From positions 320,001 through 384,000 of the forward strand of contig OY820591.1 of the NCBI GenBank assembly GCA_963555985.3: DNA of 64,000 nt, in the 5' to 3' direction. The notes below the pieces were generated by a model. The model made no database searches. It saw nothing but the letters and a program-made list of their open reading frames with translations, and was not told where the DNA came from. Positions 47,792-56,557 of this stretch are shown here, in pieces. Position numbers and translations under genes: made by a program. Origin of the DNA: Dehalococcoidia bacterium (GTDB lineage: Bacteria > Chloroflexota > Dehalococcoidia > Bin125). Position 1 is the first letter of the stretch; the number at the start of each line of letters is the position of its first letter.

Positions 47792-47940
47792 CCATATTGT
47801 CTCGACTGATCTGCCACGCTTTCGCGGCTATGATGGCTGCATTCGACCACGCCTCGGCCCGCATCGCAGTGAAAACAGACCTCGCTAATGGCGGCTGATG
47901 CCAAAACCGAGCCTCTCCAAGTTCCTCCAGGAGCGTCGCC

Positions 47941-49770
47941 ATGAGAATCGAACTTACAGAACCTCACAAGTCCATCGCTTCTTTATCGGCCGAGGGCATC
48001 TCCGACTTTGCCCTTCTGATCGGTCGCAACGGAGCGGGTAAAACCCAGATTTTCGAGGCCCTCGGGGAAGGGCATGCATCGATTGCCGGCATTGAGACAA
48101 AAGACATCGAGATGTATCACATGGGCTCCTTTCGATCGTCCGACACGGGCCGCGCGGATCGCTACGCCAACAAATTTGCCAATGACACTGCCGACGCCTA
48201 CCTAAACCCCCGTGCTTCTGGTCCGCGACCTATCGAGGCCGCGGAGGCGATCTTCGTCCGGTTTACCGACAGGATCGAACAGAGGTCCGGGATCGAAGCG
48301 CGTGAAGAATTCGTACGGAACCTATATGGCGGCCTTGAGCGCCTTGCAGATTTTAGAATCTTCGCCGAGAGTACACGCTCTGCATATGAGCAGGAACTGT
48401 TTCAGCAGGTGCTGGAACCGCTAACACCGAAAGATCGTCACGGCACCAGGGTACAGAACCAGTCCACCGTCAACTTTGGAGGCGACCAAGCTGCATTGCT
48501 CAGCACGGCGATGAAGCTAGCAGGAAAGCTCCCTCACGAGTTGACCCGCGACGACATCATGCGCGCCGGGCGATATGAGGGGAATACGCTCCAAAACTCT
48601 CTTAGCGAAGTCTTCACGACCTATAGGGTCGAAGAGTTCATCTGGGCACATAAGCGGATCGAAAAAGAGCCTGTCAGCTTCGGCAGCCTCATTGCGCAAT
48701 ACCGCTCCGAGCACCGTCCACCATGGGTGACTCTGCGTGAGATTTTATCCGAGATGCGCGACGCTACAGGCCACGACGGGCTCTTCGAATTCGATTTCTC
48801 CGATCCTGAGGACCTCGAGCTTGATATGGGTAACTACGAGGAATTCACTTTCAGGGCCGAAATGACGAATCGATCCACTAGAAGCCAGTACGAGATTAGC
48901 TCTCTATCGTCAGGCGAGACGGTGCTTATGGCGCTTTGTATCGCCTCCTTCAACCAGTATCTTGGGCGACGCGTCCCAAAACTGCTCTTGCTCGATGAAT
49001 TAGACGCGGTGCTCCATCCCTCCATGGTTTCGGCGCTAGTCAGCACGCTTAAGACCCTGTTCCTGCCGCAAGGCACGAAGGTTCTCATGACTTCTCACTC
49101 GCCTATGACGGTCGCGGCGCTGGACGAAGCCGACATCTTCCGCGTCGCTCGGACTGGCGATCATGTCAACGTCTCTCGCACCACGAAGGCGGAGGCGATC
49201 GAAGAGTTGGCAGAAGGACTCGCTACCGTGGACGTCGGCCTTAGGATTGCCGCGTACGACGAGGCTAAGGTGACGATCCTCACAGAGGGACACAACACCA
49301 AGCACCTCAGGCGATGGGCAGATCTGAATTTTCCGAACCAGGTGCGAATATTCGAACAGCTTGAACAACACACGAGCGATAGTCAGTTGCTTGACTATGG
49401 CCGACTGCTTGGAAGGATGGACACGAACACACACTTCGTCATTGTGTGGGATTGTGACGCTGTTGGCAAGGCCGAGAAATTGAGGCAGGATCTGAGCGGC
49501 ACTGCAAAGGTCACTCCATTTGCGTTTGTCAGGCGACCGGAAAACAAGATCTCCCATAGCGGTATCGAGAACAACTACGACGAGTCGGTTCTGGAAAGCT
49601 TTTCGATCAAGCAGGTAGACAACGACGGCACGTTATTGAGTAGTTACTTGCCGGGGAATCGAAAATCAGAGTTTGCTGACCACATCCTGCAACATGGGAC
49701 GCCTGAGGACTTTAGGCATTTCCAAGGTCTTCACGCCGTCATCGAAAAGATCCTGGAATTGGGCGGTTAG
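47941..49770 (+). CDS. ABC-type ATPase fused to a TOPRIM-like domain (OLD/AAA_21-like candidate defence nuclease)
   Basis: Walker A GRNGAGKT, signature LSSGE, Walker B LLLLDE..LHP, TSHSP; C-terminal LTEG and WDCD; lower GC. Confidence 0.75.
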   Translation: MRIELTEPHKSIASLSAEGISDFALLIGRNGAGKTQIFEALGEGHASIAGIETKDIEMYHMGSFRSSDTGRADRYANKFANDTADAYLNPRASGPRPIEAAEAIFVRFTDRIEQRSGIEAREEFVRNLYGGLERLADFRIFAESTRSAYEQELFQQVLEPLTPKDRHGTRVQNQSTVNFGGDQAALLSTAMKLAGKLPHELTRDDIMRAGRYEGNTLQNSLSEVFTTYRVEEFIWAHKRIEKEPVSFGSLIAQYRSEHRPPWVTLREILSEMRDATGHDGLFEFDFSDPEDLELDMGNYEEFTFRAEMTNRSTRSQYEISSLSSGETVLMALCIASFNQYLGRRVPKLLLLDELDAVLHPSMVSALVSTLKTLFLPQGTKVLMTSHSPMTVAALDEADIFRVARTGDHVNVSRTTKAEAIEELAEGLATVDVGLRIAAYDEAKVTILTEGHNTKHLRRWADLNFPNQVRIFEQLEQHTSDSQLLDYGRLLGRMDTNTHFVIVWDCDAVGKAEKLRQDLSGTAKVTPFAFVRRPENKISHSGIENNYDESVLESFSIKQVDNDGTLLSSYLPGNRKSEFADHILQHGTPEDFRHFQGLHAVIEKILELGG

Positions 49771-49861
49771 TCATATAATGCGGCGCCCGTGAACCTGTGC
49801 CAATCAGCGCTTTCGGCTTGGATATGCCGGGCAAGCGCCTGCGATACTCGGACCGGATCGC

Positions 49862-51139
49862 CTAGTCGGCCATGTAGCCGCGCTTTGCGTTTTCCCGGCG
49901 CAGCCCGCTGAGTGTGTAGATGTTGCTCTTCAGCTTGTTGCACGGCCCGCAGAGCAGCACGCGGTTACTCACGTGGTTCAGGCCGCCGTCGGCTCGCGGC
50001 GTGTTGTGGTCAAGCTCCAGGTACCTGGCGTCGTCGAATTGGCGGTCGCAGCCCTGGCAGACCGAGCCGTTCTGGGTGATCAGGAAGTCGTACATCTTGG
50101 CGCGGCTCCAGCGTGGGCCGTCCGGCTCGGCGACGCGCTCTTTGACTCGCAGGAACGGCGCGGCGCTCTCTCCGTCGTCCGTGCGCTCCGGGACGGCCTG
50201 CGTGAGCTTCACTTGCCCGAACAGCCCGGTCGCCTCGCGCAAGCGTTTTTCGACCAGTCGGTGTGCGCCATCCCAGATGTCCATGCCGATCCACTGACGC
50301 TCAAGACGTTCAGCGGCTACGAGGGTCGTAGCGCAGCCCGCGAACGGGTCTAGGACGATATCGCCGACGTTCGATGATGCTTCGATGATCCGTTCGTAGA
50401 GGGCGAGCGGTTTCTGCGTCGGGTATCCCATGCGCTCCTTCGAGACATTGCGAACAGGCGCGATATCCCACACGTCGGCGACGGCTACGCCAGCGTCGGC
50501 GTAGTAGCGATTGCCCGCCTTGACGTAGTAGCGGCGGCCATCATCATCGGTCAGGTTGAATCGTGCCAGATCGCGTGATGTCTCACGCGGCAAGTCAAAG
50601 ACGTAGGAATCCGACTTTGAGTAGAACAGCAGATTGTCGTGCTTCCGCGCGAACCATCGGCGACTAATCCCACCAGTCCGATACTGCCAGATCACCTCGT
50701 TGCGGAATTGCTTCCAGCCGAAGATCGCGTCCATGACAGCCTTAAGGTAGTGGGAGGCCGTTGGGTCGCAGTGGAGATAGATTGATCCCGTCGATTTGAG
50801 CACGCGCCGCATTTCGAGCAGCCTGACCGCCATAAAGCACATGTAGGCGCCCATGCCGTCGGAGTGCGCGTAGCGGGCGCTCTCAATCGCCTCCATCAGG
50901 CGCGGGTAGTCGTCGGTGATCTGGTCTACCCAGTCCTGATGCACGTCGCGCTCCCACGACCAGCGGTCTTGAAACTTGGCACCGGCGGCGAGGCTGTCCG
51001 GCGTCGCGTGGAAATCGCGGCCCTTGTTGAACGGCGGGTCGGTGGCGATCAAGTCGATGCAGTCGGAATCGATGCCGCGCAAGAAGTCGAGGTTGTCGCC
51101 GTGGAAGAGCGTGCGATTGTCGAAGTTCGGGTTGACCAT
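49862..51139 (-). CDS. beta-class N6A/N4C DNA methyltransferase fused to a C-terminal HNH endonuclease domain
   Basis: DPPF (motif IV), YPTQKP, DPFAGCATT (motif I); CQGC..LELDH..NH..N..LLCGPCN. Confidence 0.85.
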   Translation of the reverse strand: MVNPNFDNRTLFHGDNLDFLRGIDSDCIDLIATDPPFNKGRDFHATPDSLAAGAKFQDRWSWERDVHQDWVDQITDDYPRLMEAIESARYAHSDGMGAYMCFMAVRLLEMRRVLKSTGSIYLHCDPTASHYLKAVMDAIFGWKQFRNEVIWQYRTGGISRRWFARKHDNLLFYSKSDSYVFDLPRETSRDLARFNLTDDDGRRYYVKAGNRYYADAGVAVADVWDIAPVRNVSKERMGYPTQKPLALYERIIEASSNVGDIVLDPFAGCATTLVAAERLERQWIGMDIWDGAHRLVEKRLREATGLFGQVKLTQAVPERTDDGESAAPFLRVKERVAEPDGPRWSRAKMYDFLITQNGSVCQGCDRQFDDARYLELDHNTPRADGGLNHVSNRVLLCGPCNKLKSNIYTLSGLRRENAKRGYMAD

Positions 51140-51240
51140 GCCGTTCACGCTACCCGTCGATTGGGCGTTTGTCAGCCTACCTATGTTCTTCCCGGCCTGT
51201 CCGGGAAGCTGGCCTGAGTAGACGGAGGCCGAGCGGGAAC

Positions 51241-51268
51241 GAGATTCCCAGGCAAGCTGGGAATGACG
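51241..51268. repeat. REP-like palindrome (family C, GATTCCC..GGGAATGAC)
   Basis: GAGATTCCCAG-GCAAG-CTGGGAATGACG; related to 63012-63040. Confidence 0.6.
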
Positions 51269-51496
51269 GATGCTGGGTGTTTCAGCACACTATCGGTGGC
51301 TGGTGCGGGGACGGTGATTAGGGCGGGGAGGGTGTTGGTTGGTTGATCTTCGTCCTGGGGGTTGGCGACTGCGTGGTAGCCGGCTCAGTGGTGGGACATC
51401 TGGGACTTGACCCCAGGGCTGCGGCGGTTTCGGGCTGGCGGGGGGTGCTACCTTGCCGCCACGGGGTTGGGCAATTCAGCGGAGAGTGGGTGCAGG

Positions 51497-52435
51497 ATGC
51501 GTGTCGCAGTGCTGGGCGGGAGCGGCTTTATTGGGCCGCGCGTGATGCGGCGGCTGGTCGAGCATGGACACGAAGTCCACTGCATGGACATCAATCCCAA
51601 CGCGCCGGTGCTCGACCCGCTGCGCGACCGGATCGAGATCTCCCACGGCGACATCACGGTGATGGACGATGTGGTCGAGGCGCTGGTCGCGGCCAAGCCC
51701 GAGCGCGTGCTCAACCTCGCCTATGTGCTCGGCGCGTCCGAGGCCGACCCGCATCCGCAGGTGCGGATCAACATCCTGGGCATGGACAACTGCTTTGAGG
51801 CGGCGCGCCTGCTCGATATCCGCCGCGTGATCTACGCGAGCTCGCTGGCGGTCTACGGTCCGCAGCGATTGCACGGCGACAAGATGGTGACCGAGGACGA
51901 CCTGTGCCTCGGCCGGGGCATCTACTCGGTCTCGAAGCGATTCAACGAGCACCAGGCGGACTGGTACAACCGCGCCTACGAGATGGCGATCACGGGCATC
52001 CGTCCGGCCAACATCACCGGTCCCGACAAGGTGCGCGGTTCGATGAATCACGTCCAGTGCCAGGTGCTGCCGGCGCGCGAGGAGCCGGTCAGTTTCCCGC
52101 ATCGGGACACGATGACGCTGCCGCTGCATGTGGAGGACATTGCGGAGGTCTTCGTGCGCGTGACGCTCGCAGAGGAGACTGCCCACGCGATCTACAACTC
52201 GGGCGGACACCCGACCAGCATGGGCGAGCTCGCGGATACGGTGCGCGAGTTCCTGCCCGAAGCGGAGATCACATTCGACGCGGACGAGGGCGGGCACGAC
52301 GCCTCGGGGCTCTACCTGATGGACAACTCGCGCCTGGTTGAGGAGTTTGAGGTCGAATACGCGCCCTTCGAGCAGCGCGTGCTGGAGACGATCAACGAAG
52401 TCCGCAGCGGCGAAGGGCTGCCTGCGGTCGGCTAG
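51497..52435 (+). CDS. NAD-dependent epimerase/dehydratase (extended SDR)
   Basis: GGSGFIG, ASSLAVYG, YSVSK. Confidence 0.88.
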   Translation: MRVAVLGGSGFIGPRVMRRLVEHGHEVHCMDINPNAPVLDPLRDRIEISHGDITVMDDVVEALVAAKPERVLNLAYVLGASEADPHPQVRINILGMDNCFEAARLLDIRRVIYASSLAVYGPQRLHGDKMVTEDDLCLGRGIYSVSKRFNEHQADWYNRAYEMAITGIRPANITGPDKVRGSMNHVQCQVLPAREEPVSFPHRDTMTLPLHVEDIAEVFVRVTLAEETAHAIYNSGGHPTSMGELADTVREFLPEAEITFDADEGGHDASGLYLMDNSRLVEEFEVEYAPFEQRVLETINEVRSGEGLPAVG

Positions 52436-52518
52436 CAGGCTGCATCGCCTGTTCCGATACCCTGCCCGGCGATGCCCGTCCGAGCTCCCGGGCGGCTGAG
52501 CAGAACGAAGCGCCCGCT

Positions 52519-53646
52519 ATGCCAAAGCAAATCCGCTCCAAGATCACCAGCGACGGTCAGCTTGAGCTGTCGCTCGCTGAGGTTGAGATCCCCGCGCCCG
52601 CTCCCGACGAGGTTGTTGTGCGGGTCGAGGCCGCGCCGATCAACCCGTCCGACCTCGGCCTGTTGATCGGCCCCGCCGACATGAGCCAAGCGCAGGTCTC
52701 GGGCACGCCCGCTGCTCCGATCGTGACCGCGCCGATCCCGCCCGCGCTGCTGGCGTTGCAGGCCGACCGCTTCGATCAGTCGCTGCCTGCGGGCAACGAG
52801 GGCGCGGGCGTCGTCGTCGAGGCCGGTTCCAGCGAGGCCGCCCAAGCCTTGCTCGGCAAGACGGTGGCGCTGATCGCCCGCGAGATGTACTCGCAGTACC
52901 GCGTGGTCGATGCCGGCCAGTGCCTCGTGCTGCGGGAGGGGACGACTCCGGAGCAGGGCGCTTCCTGTTTCGTCAATCCGCTGACGGTGCTGGGGATGGT
53001 CGAAACGATGCGGCTAGAGGGCCATACGGCGCTCGTGCATACTGCGGCCGCTTCGAACCTCGGGATCATGCTGCAGAAGGTCTGCATTGACGAGGGGATT
53101 GATCTGGTCAACATCGTGCGCAGGCCGGAGCATGTCGAGCTGCTGCGCGGGATCGGGGCGCGCTATGTCTGCGACACCAGCTCGCCGTCGTTCGAGGATG
53201 ACCTGACCGCGGCACTGATTGAAACCGGTGCCACGCTGGGATTTGACGCCACCGGCGGCGGCCGTCTGGCCGGGCAGATCCTGAGCTGTATGGAAGCCGC
53301 CGCGAAGGCCAAAGAACCCGGCTTCAGCCGCTACGGTTCCAACGTCTATAAGCAGGTCTACATCTACGGCGGTCTCGACACTTCGCCGACGGTGTTCCAA
53401 CGTAACTTCGGTCTGGCCTGGGGACTCGGCGGCTGGTTGCTGACGCCCTTCCTGGAACGAGTCGGTCCGGAGGCGGCCGAGCGCCTCCGCCAGCGCGTCG
53501 CCGACGAGATCACGACCACCTTTGCGAGCCAGTATGTGAGGGAGATCTCGCTCGCCGAGGCGCTCGAGCTTGAGCACATCGCGGTCTACAACCGGCGCGC
53601 GACCGGTGAGAAGTACTTAGTCAACCCGAACAAGGATATCGGCTGA
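52519..53646 (+). CDS. MDR-family (zinc-independent) oxidoreductase, 'NADH oxidase'-like
   Basis: AAPINPSDLG, GNEGAG, FVNPLT, TAAASNLG. Confidence 0.85.
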   Translation: MPKQIRSKITSDGQLELSLAEVEIPAPAPDEVVVRVEAAPINPSDLGLLIGPADMSQAQVSGTPAAPIVTAPIPPALLALQADRFDQSLPAGNEGAGVVVEAGSSEAAQALLGKTVALIAREMYSQYRVVDAGQCLVLREGTTPEQGASCFVNPLTVLGMVETMRLEGHTALVHTAAASNLGIMLQKVCIDEGIDLVNIVRRPEHVELLRGIGARYVCDTSSPSFEDDLTAALIETGATLGFDATGGGRLAGQILSCMEAAAKAKEPGFSRYGSNVYKQVYIYGGLDTSPTVFQRNFGLAWGLGGWLLTPFLERVGPEAAERLRQRVADEITTTFASQYVREISLAEALELEHIAVYNRRATGEKYLVNPNKDIG

Positions 53647-53662
53647 GCTTTTCAGCACGCCG

Positions 53663-55222
53663 CTACGGGCGGAAGGTCGGGCCGGAGCCGGGGCCGAGTT
53701 GGGTTTTGATCACGCCTTGGGCTAGCTCCACGAAGTCGCAGAGGCGGGCGCGTGTTTCGCGGGGGTCGATTAAGTCGAGGCCGCTTGCTTCGGCGGTGCG
53801 GAAGGGTGAGGAGATGCGCTGGAAGGTCTCTTCGAGTTCCTGCCGCTTCGCCTCCGGGTCGGGGGCGGACTCGATCACGCGGCGGAAGGCGGCGCTGGTG
53901 CCGCCTTCGATGTGCATCGATCCCCAGTGGCCGGAGACCCAGGCGAAGCGGCGGTAGAGGTGCGGTCCGGGGCGGTACTGGAGGCTGCCGGCCAGACCGA
54001 ACGACTGTCGGCAGATGAACGAGATCCAGGGCATTTTGCTATGCACGATGGCGTGCACCAGGCGCGAACCGGCGCGCTCGATGCCCTGCTCTTCGGAGGC
54101 GGGACCAACGAGGAAGCCGGGGTCGTCCATGAGCACGACCATGGGAATGTGGAAGGTGTCGCAGAGTTGGACCAAGCGCGTTGACTTCTCGGCGGCGGCG
54201 ACATCCATTGAGCCGCCCCGCTGGTAGGGGTTGTTGGTCATCACGCCGACCGGATAGCCGTTGGCGCGCGCCAAGCCCACGATCCGCGACATCCCGTAGT
54301 CCGGCGCGATCTCGAAGAACGAGTCTTGGTCGAGCACGCCCTCGATCATCACGCGCGCGTCGTAGGGCCGACGCTTGTTGCGCGGAATCAAGGTGAGCAG
54401 GCGCTCGTCGCGGCGGTTGGGATCGTCGCTGGTGTCGCCGCGCGGCGGCAGCTCCCAGACGTTGTCGGGCAGGTAGCTGAGGAACTGTTTGACCTGTTCG
54501 ATGGCGTCCGCTTCGTTCTCGGCCGCGTTGTCGACGACGCCGCTGATCTTGGTGTGGATCGCGTGTCCGCCCAGCTCATCCTTGTCGATCTCGAGTCCGA
54601 GCGCCGCTTTGACGACCGGCGGGCCGCCCGGGAAGACCTGTCCGGTGCCCTTGGCGATCACGCTGAAGTGACTGAGGCAGGGCAGCGGCGCGAGTCCGCC
54701 GGCGGCCGGGCCGAGTACCGCCGAGACCACCGGCACGACATTCAGCATCTTGCAGGCCTCCTCGAACTGGCCTCCGTCCGGGATATAGGTGCGGCCCAGG
54801 TCGGAGAACTCGGTCACGCTGCCGCCCGCGCCGTCGATCAGGTTCACCATTGGGAGCTGCAACTCGCTGGGGGTGGGATGCCCATGCCCGATGTCGACGC
54901 CGCCGTCGTCGGTGCGGGCGGAGCCGCCGCGAATCGTGAAGTCCTGCCCGCGTACGTAGACGCGGCGGCCGTTGACTTTGGCCAACCCGCGCACGCTGCT
55001 GACTGGGGTGAAGGAGACCAGCTCACCGCGTTCGTCGTAGGTGGCGCGACCCTGGAGTTTGCCGAGCTCGTCGAAGCTGCCCGGATCGGCCAGCAACTCG
55101 ATTCGCTCGCGCACCGTGAGTTTGCCTTGCGAGTGCTGCCGTTCGATTCCGCTCGGACCACCCATCGCCTCTTTCAGCGCATGGCGGCGCGCCAGTTCGT
55201 CGATCTCTTGTTGCCAACTCAT
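53663..55222 (-). CDS. acyl-CoA carboxylase carboxyltransferase (beta) subunit
   Basis: GKLTVRERI, DFTIRGGS, GGPPVV, CDTFHIP..D.PGF.VG, IDPRETR. Confidence 0.88.
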   Translation of the reverse strand: MSWQQEIDELARRHALKEAMGGPSGIERQHSQGKLTVRERIELLADPGSFDELGKLQGRATYDERGELVSFTPVSSVRGLAKVNGRRVYVRGQDFTIRGGSARTDDGGVDIGHGHPTPSELQLPMVNLIDGAGGSVTEFSDLGRTYIPDGGQFEEACKMLNVVPVVSAVLGPAAGGLAPLPCLSHFSVIAKGTGQVFPGGPPVVKAALGLEIDKDELGGHAIHTKISGVVDNAAENEADAIEQVKQFLSYLPDNVWELPPRGDTSDDPNRRDERLLTLIPRNKRRPYDARVMIEGVLDQDSFFEIAPDYGMSRIVGLARANGYPVGVMTNNPYQRGGSMDVAAAEKSTRLVQLCDTFHIPMVVLMDDPGFLVGPASEEQGIERAGSRLVHAIVHSKMPWISFICRQSFGLAGSLQYRPGPHLYRRFAWVSGHWGSMHIEGGTSAAFRRVIESAPDPEAKRQELEETFQRISSPFRTAEASGLDLIDPRETRARLCDFVELAQGVIKTQLGPGSGPTFRP

Positions 55223-55341
55223 GGATGACTCCCTTGGTGATGTCTGACCGGCGGCGAACCGCAGTCTCCCGCTAGGTTACGGCGGAAACGTTGATGCCCG
55301 CCGACGAATGATGGCGATGCATACGCTGGTAGGCTGCCCAC

Positions 55342-56187
55342 ATGCTTGATGGTGTGAGCGTCTGCCTCTCGTTTGATCTCGACGCGATCTCGGTCTGGGT
55401 CGGTCCCAGGCGATCGAGGTCTCCGAACCTGATTGCGCGCGGCGAGTTCGCCACGGTCGGGACGGAACGCCTACTCAAACTCCTGGACCAACGCCAGATT
55501 CCAACGACCTGGTTCATCCCCGGCCATACGATCGATACCTACCCCGATACCTGCCGTAACGTCGCCGCCGCCGGGCACGAGATCGGTTACCACGGCTATT
55601 GCCACGAGGCGCCCTCGTCGGGGCGCGGCGAGACGGAGGAGCGGGCGATCCTGGAGCGCTCAATCGAGTGCATCGAGCGAATCGCCGGCCGGCCTCCCGT
55701 TGGGGAGCGACTGCCGGGCGGCAACCTCGGGCCGCGTTGGCTCGAGCTGCTGCTGGAGTACGGATTCTCGTATGACAGCTCGATGGCGCCCAACGATTAC
55801 CAGCCGACGTACTGCCGCGCCGGAGACGTTGCCAGGACGGACGGCCCGCACGAGTTCGGATCCGAGGTGGATCTGGTCGAGCTTCCGTTTGATTGGAATC
55901 TCGACGACTGGCCGCATTTCAGCCATGAGCCTCGAACCGGAGTCGAGGGCTTGCGCTCGCCCAACGAGGTTTACGAGATCTGGGCGGCCGACTTCGACTA
56001 CCTCTACCAGCGGGTTGGATCGGGTGTGTTCGTGCTCACGATGCATCCCCAGTGCATCGGCAAAGGCAGCCGGATGCTGATGCTGGAACGGCTCATTGAT
56101 TACATGAGCAGTCACGACGGCGTGCGCTTCCGGACGATGGCAGACGTAGCAGCCGAGTTCCGCGCGACCACGCCTCTGGGCGGCTGA
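55342..56187 (+). CDS. polysaccharide deacetylase (CE4, PuuE/HpPgdA-like)
   Basis: LSFDLDA, HEIGYHGYCH, YDSS, LTMHP. Confidence 0.88.
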   Translation: MLDGVSVCLSFDLDAISVWVGPRRSRSPNLIARGEFATVGTERLLKLLDQRQIPTTWFIPGHTIDTYPDTCRNVAAAGHEIGYHGYCHEAPSSGRGETEERAILERSIECIERIAGRPPVGERLPGGNLGPRWLELLLEYGFSYDSSMAPNDYQPTYCRAGDVARTDGPHEFGSEVDLVELPFDWNLDDWPHFSHEPRTGVEGLRSPNEVYEIWAADFDYLYQRVGSGVFVLTMHPQCIGKGSRMLMLERLIDYMSSHDGVRFRTMADVAAEFRATTPLGG

Positions 56188-56223
56188 ACGACGATCCAAG
56201 CCACTGCGCCCGGCTATACCCCG

Positions 56224-56440
56224 CTGAGCTTCCATGTTGAAGACATCGTCGAGGTCTTCGTCCGCGTCACTCTCGCCGAAGAGACCGCCCACCCGATCGA
56301 CAACTCCGGTGGCCATCCGACTAGCGTCGGCGACCTCGTAGATACGGTGCGCACGTTCCCGCCTCAGGCAGCAATCACCTTCGATGAGGACGAGGGCGCC
56401 CACGCCCCTCCAGCCTCTACAGGGTGGACAACTCGCGCCC
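56224..56440 (+). pseudogene. fragment of NAD-dependent epimerase (degenerate copy of 52118-52336)
   Basis: HVEDIVEVFVRVTLAEETAHPIDNSGGHPTSVGDL matches HVEDIAEVFVRVTLAEETAHAIYNSGGHPTSMGEL. Confidence 0.85.
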
Positions 56441-56557
56441 GACCGGCCGAGATCGCGTCTGTCAGCGCGCTTACCGAAAAGTGGAACTCGGAACCCTGTA
56501 CTCTGGTGTTCGCCGTGACGCGTGAGGCACGACGTCCGGCTGGAGAAGGATGTAACG

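Noticed and set aside
51270-51496. G/T-skewed intergenic stretch resembling the dispersed cassettes
   Set aside because: It has no alignable core, no 10-bp array and no clear promoter motif.
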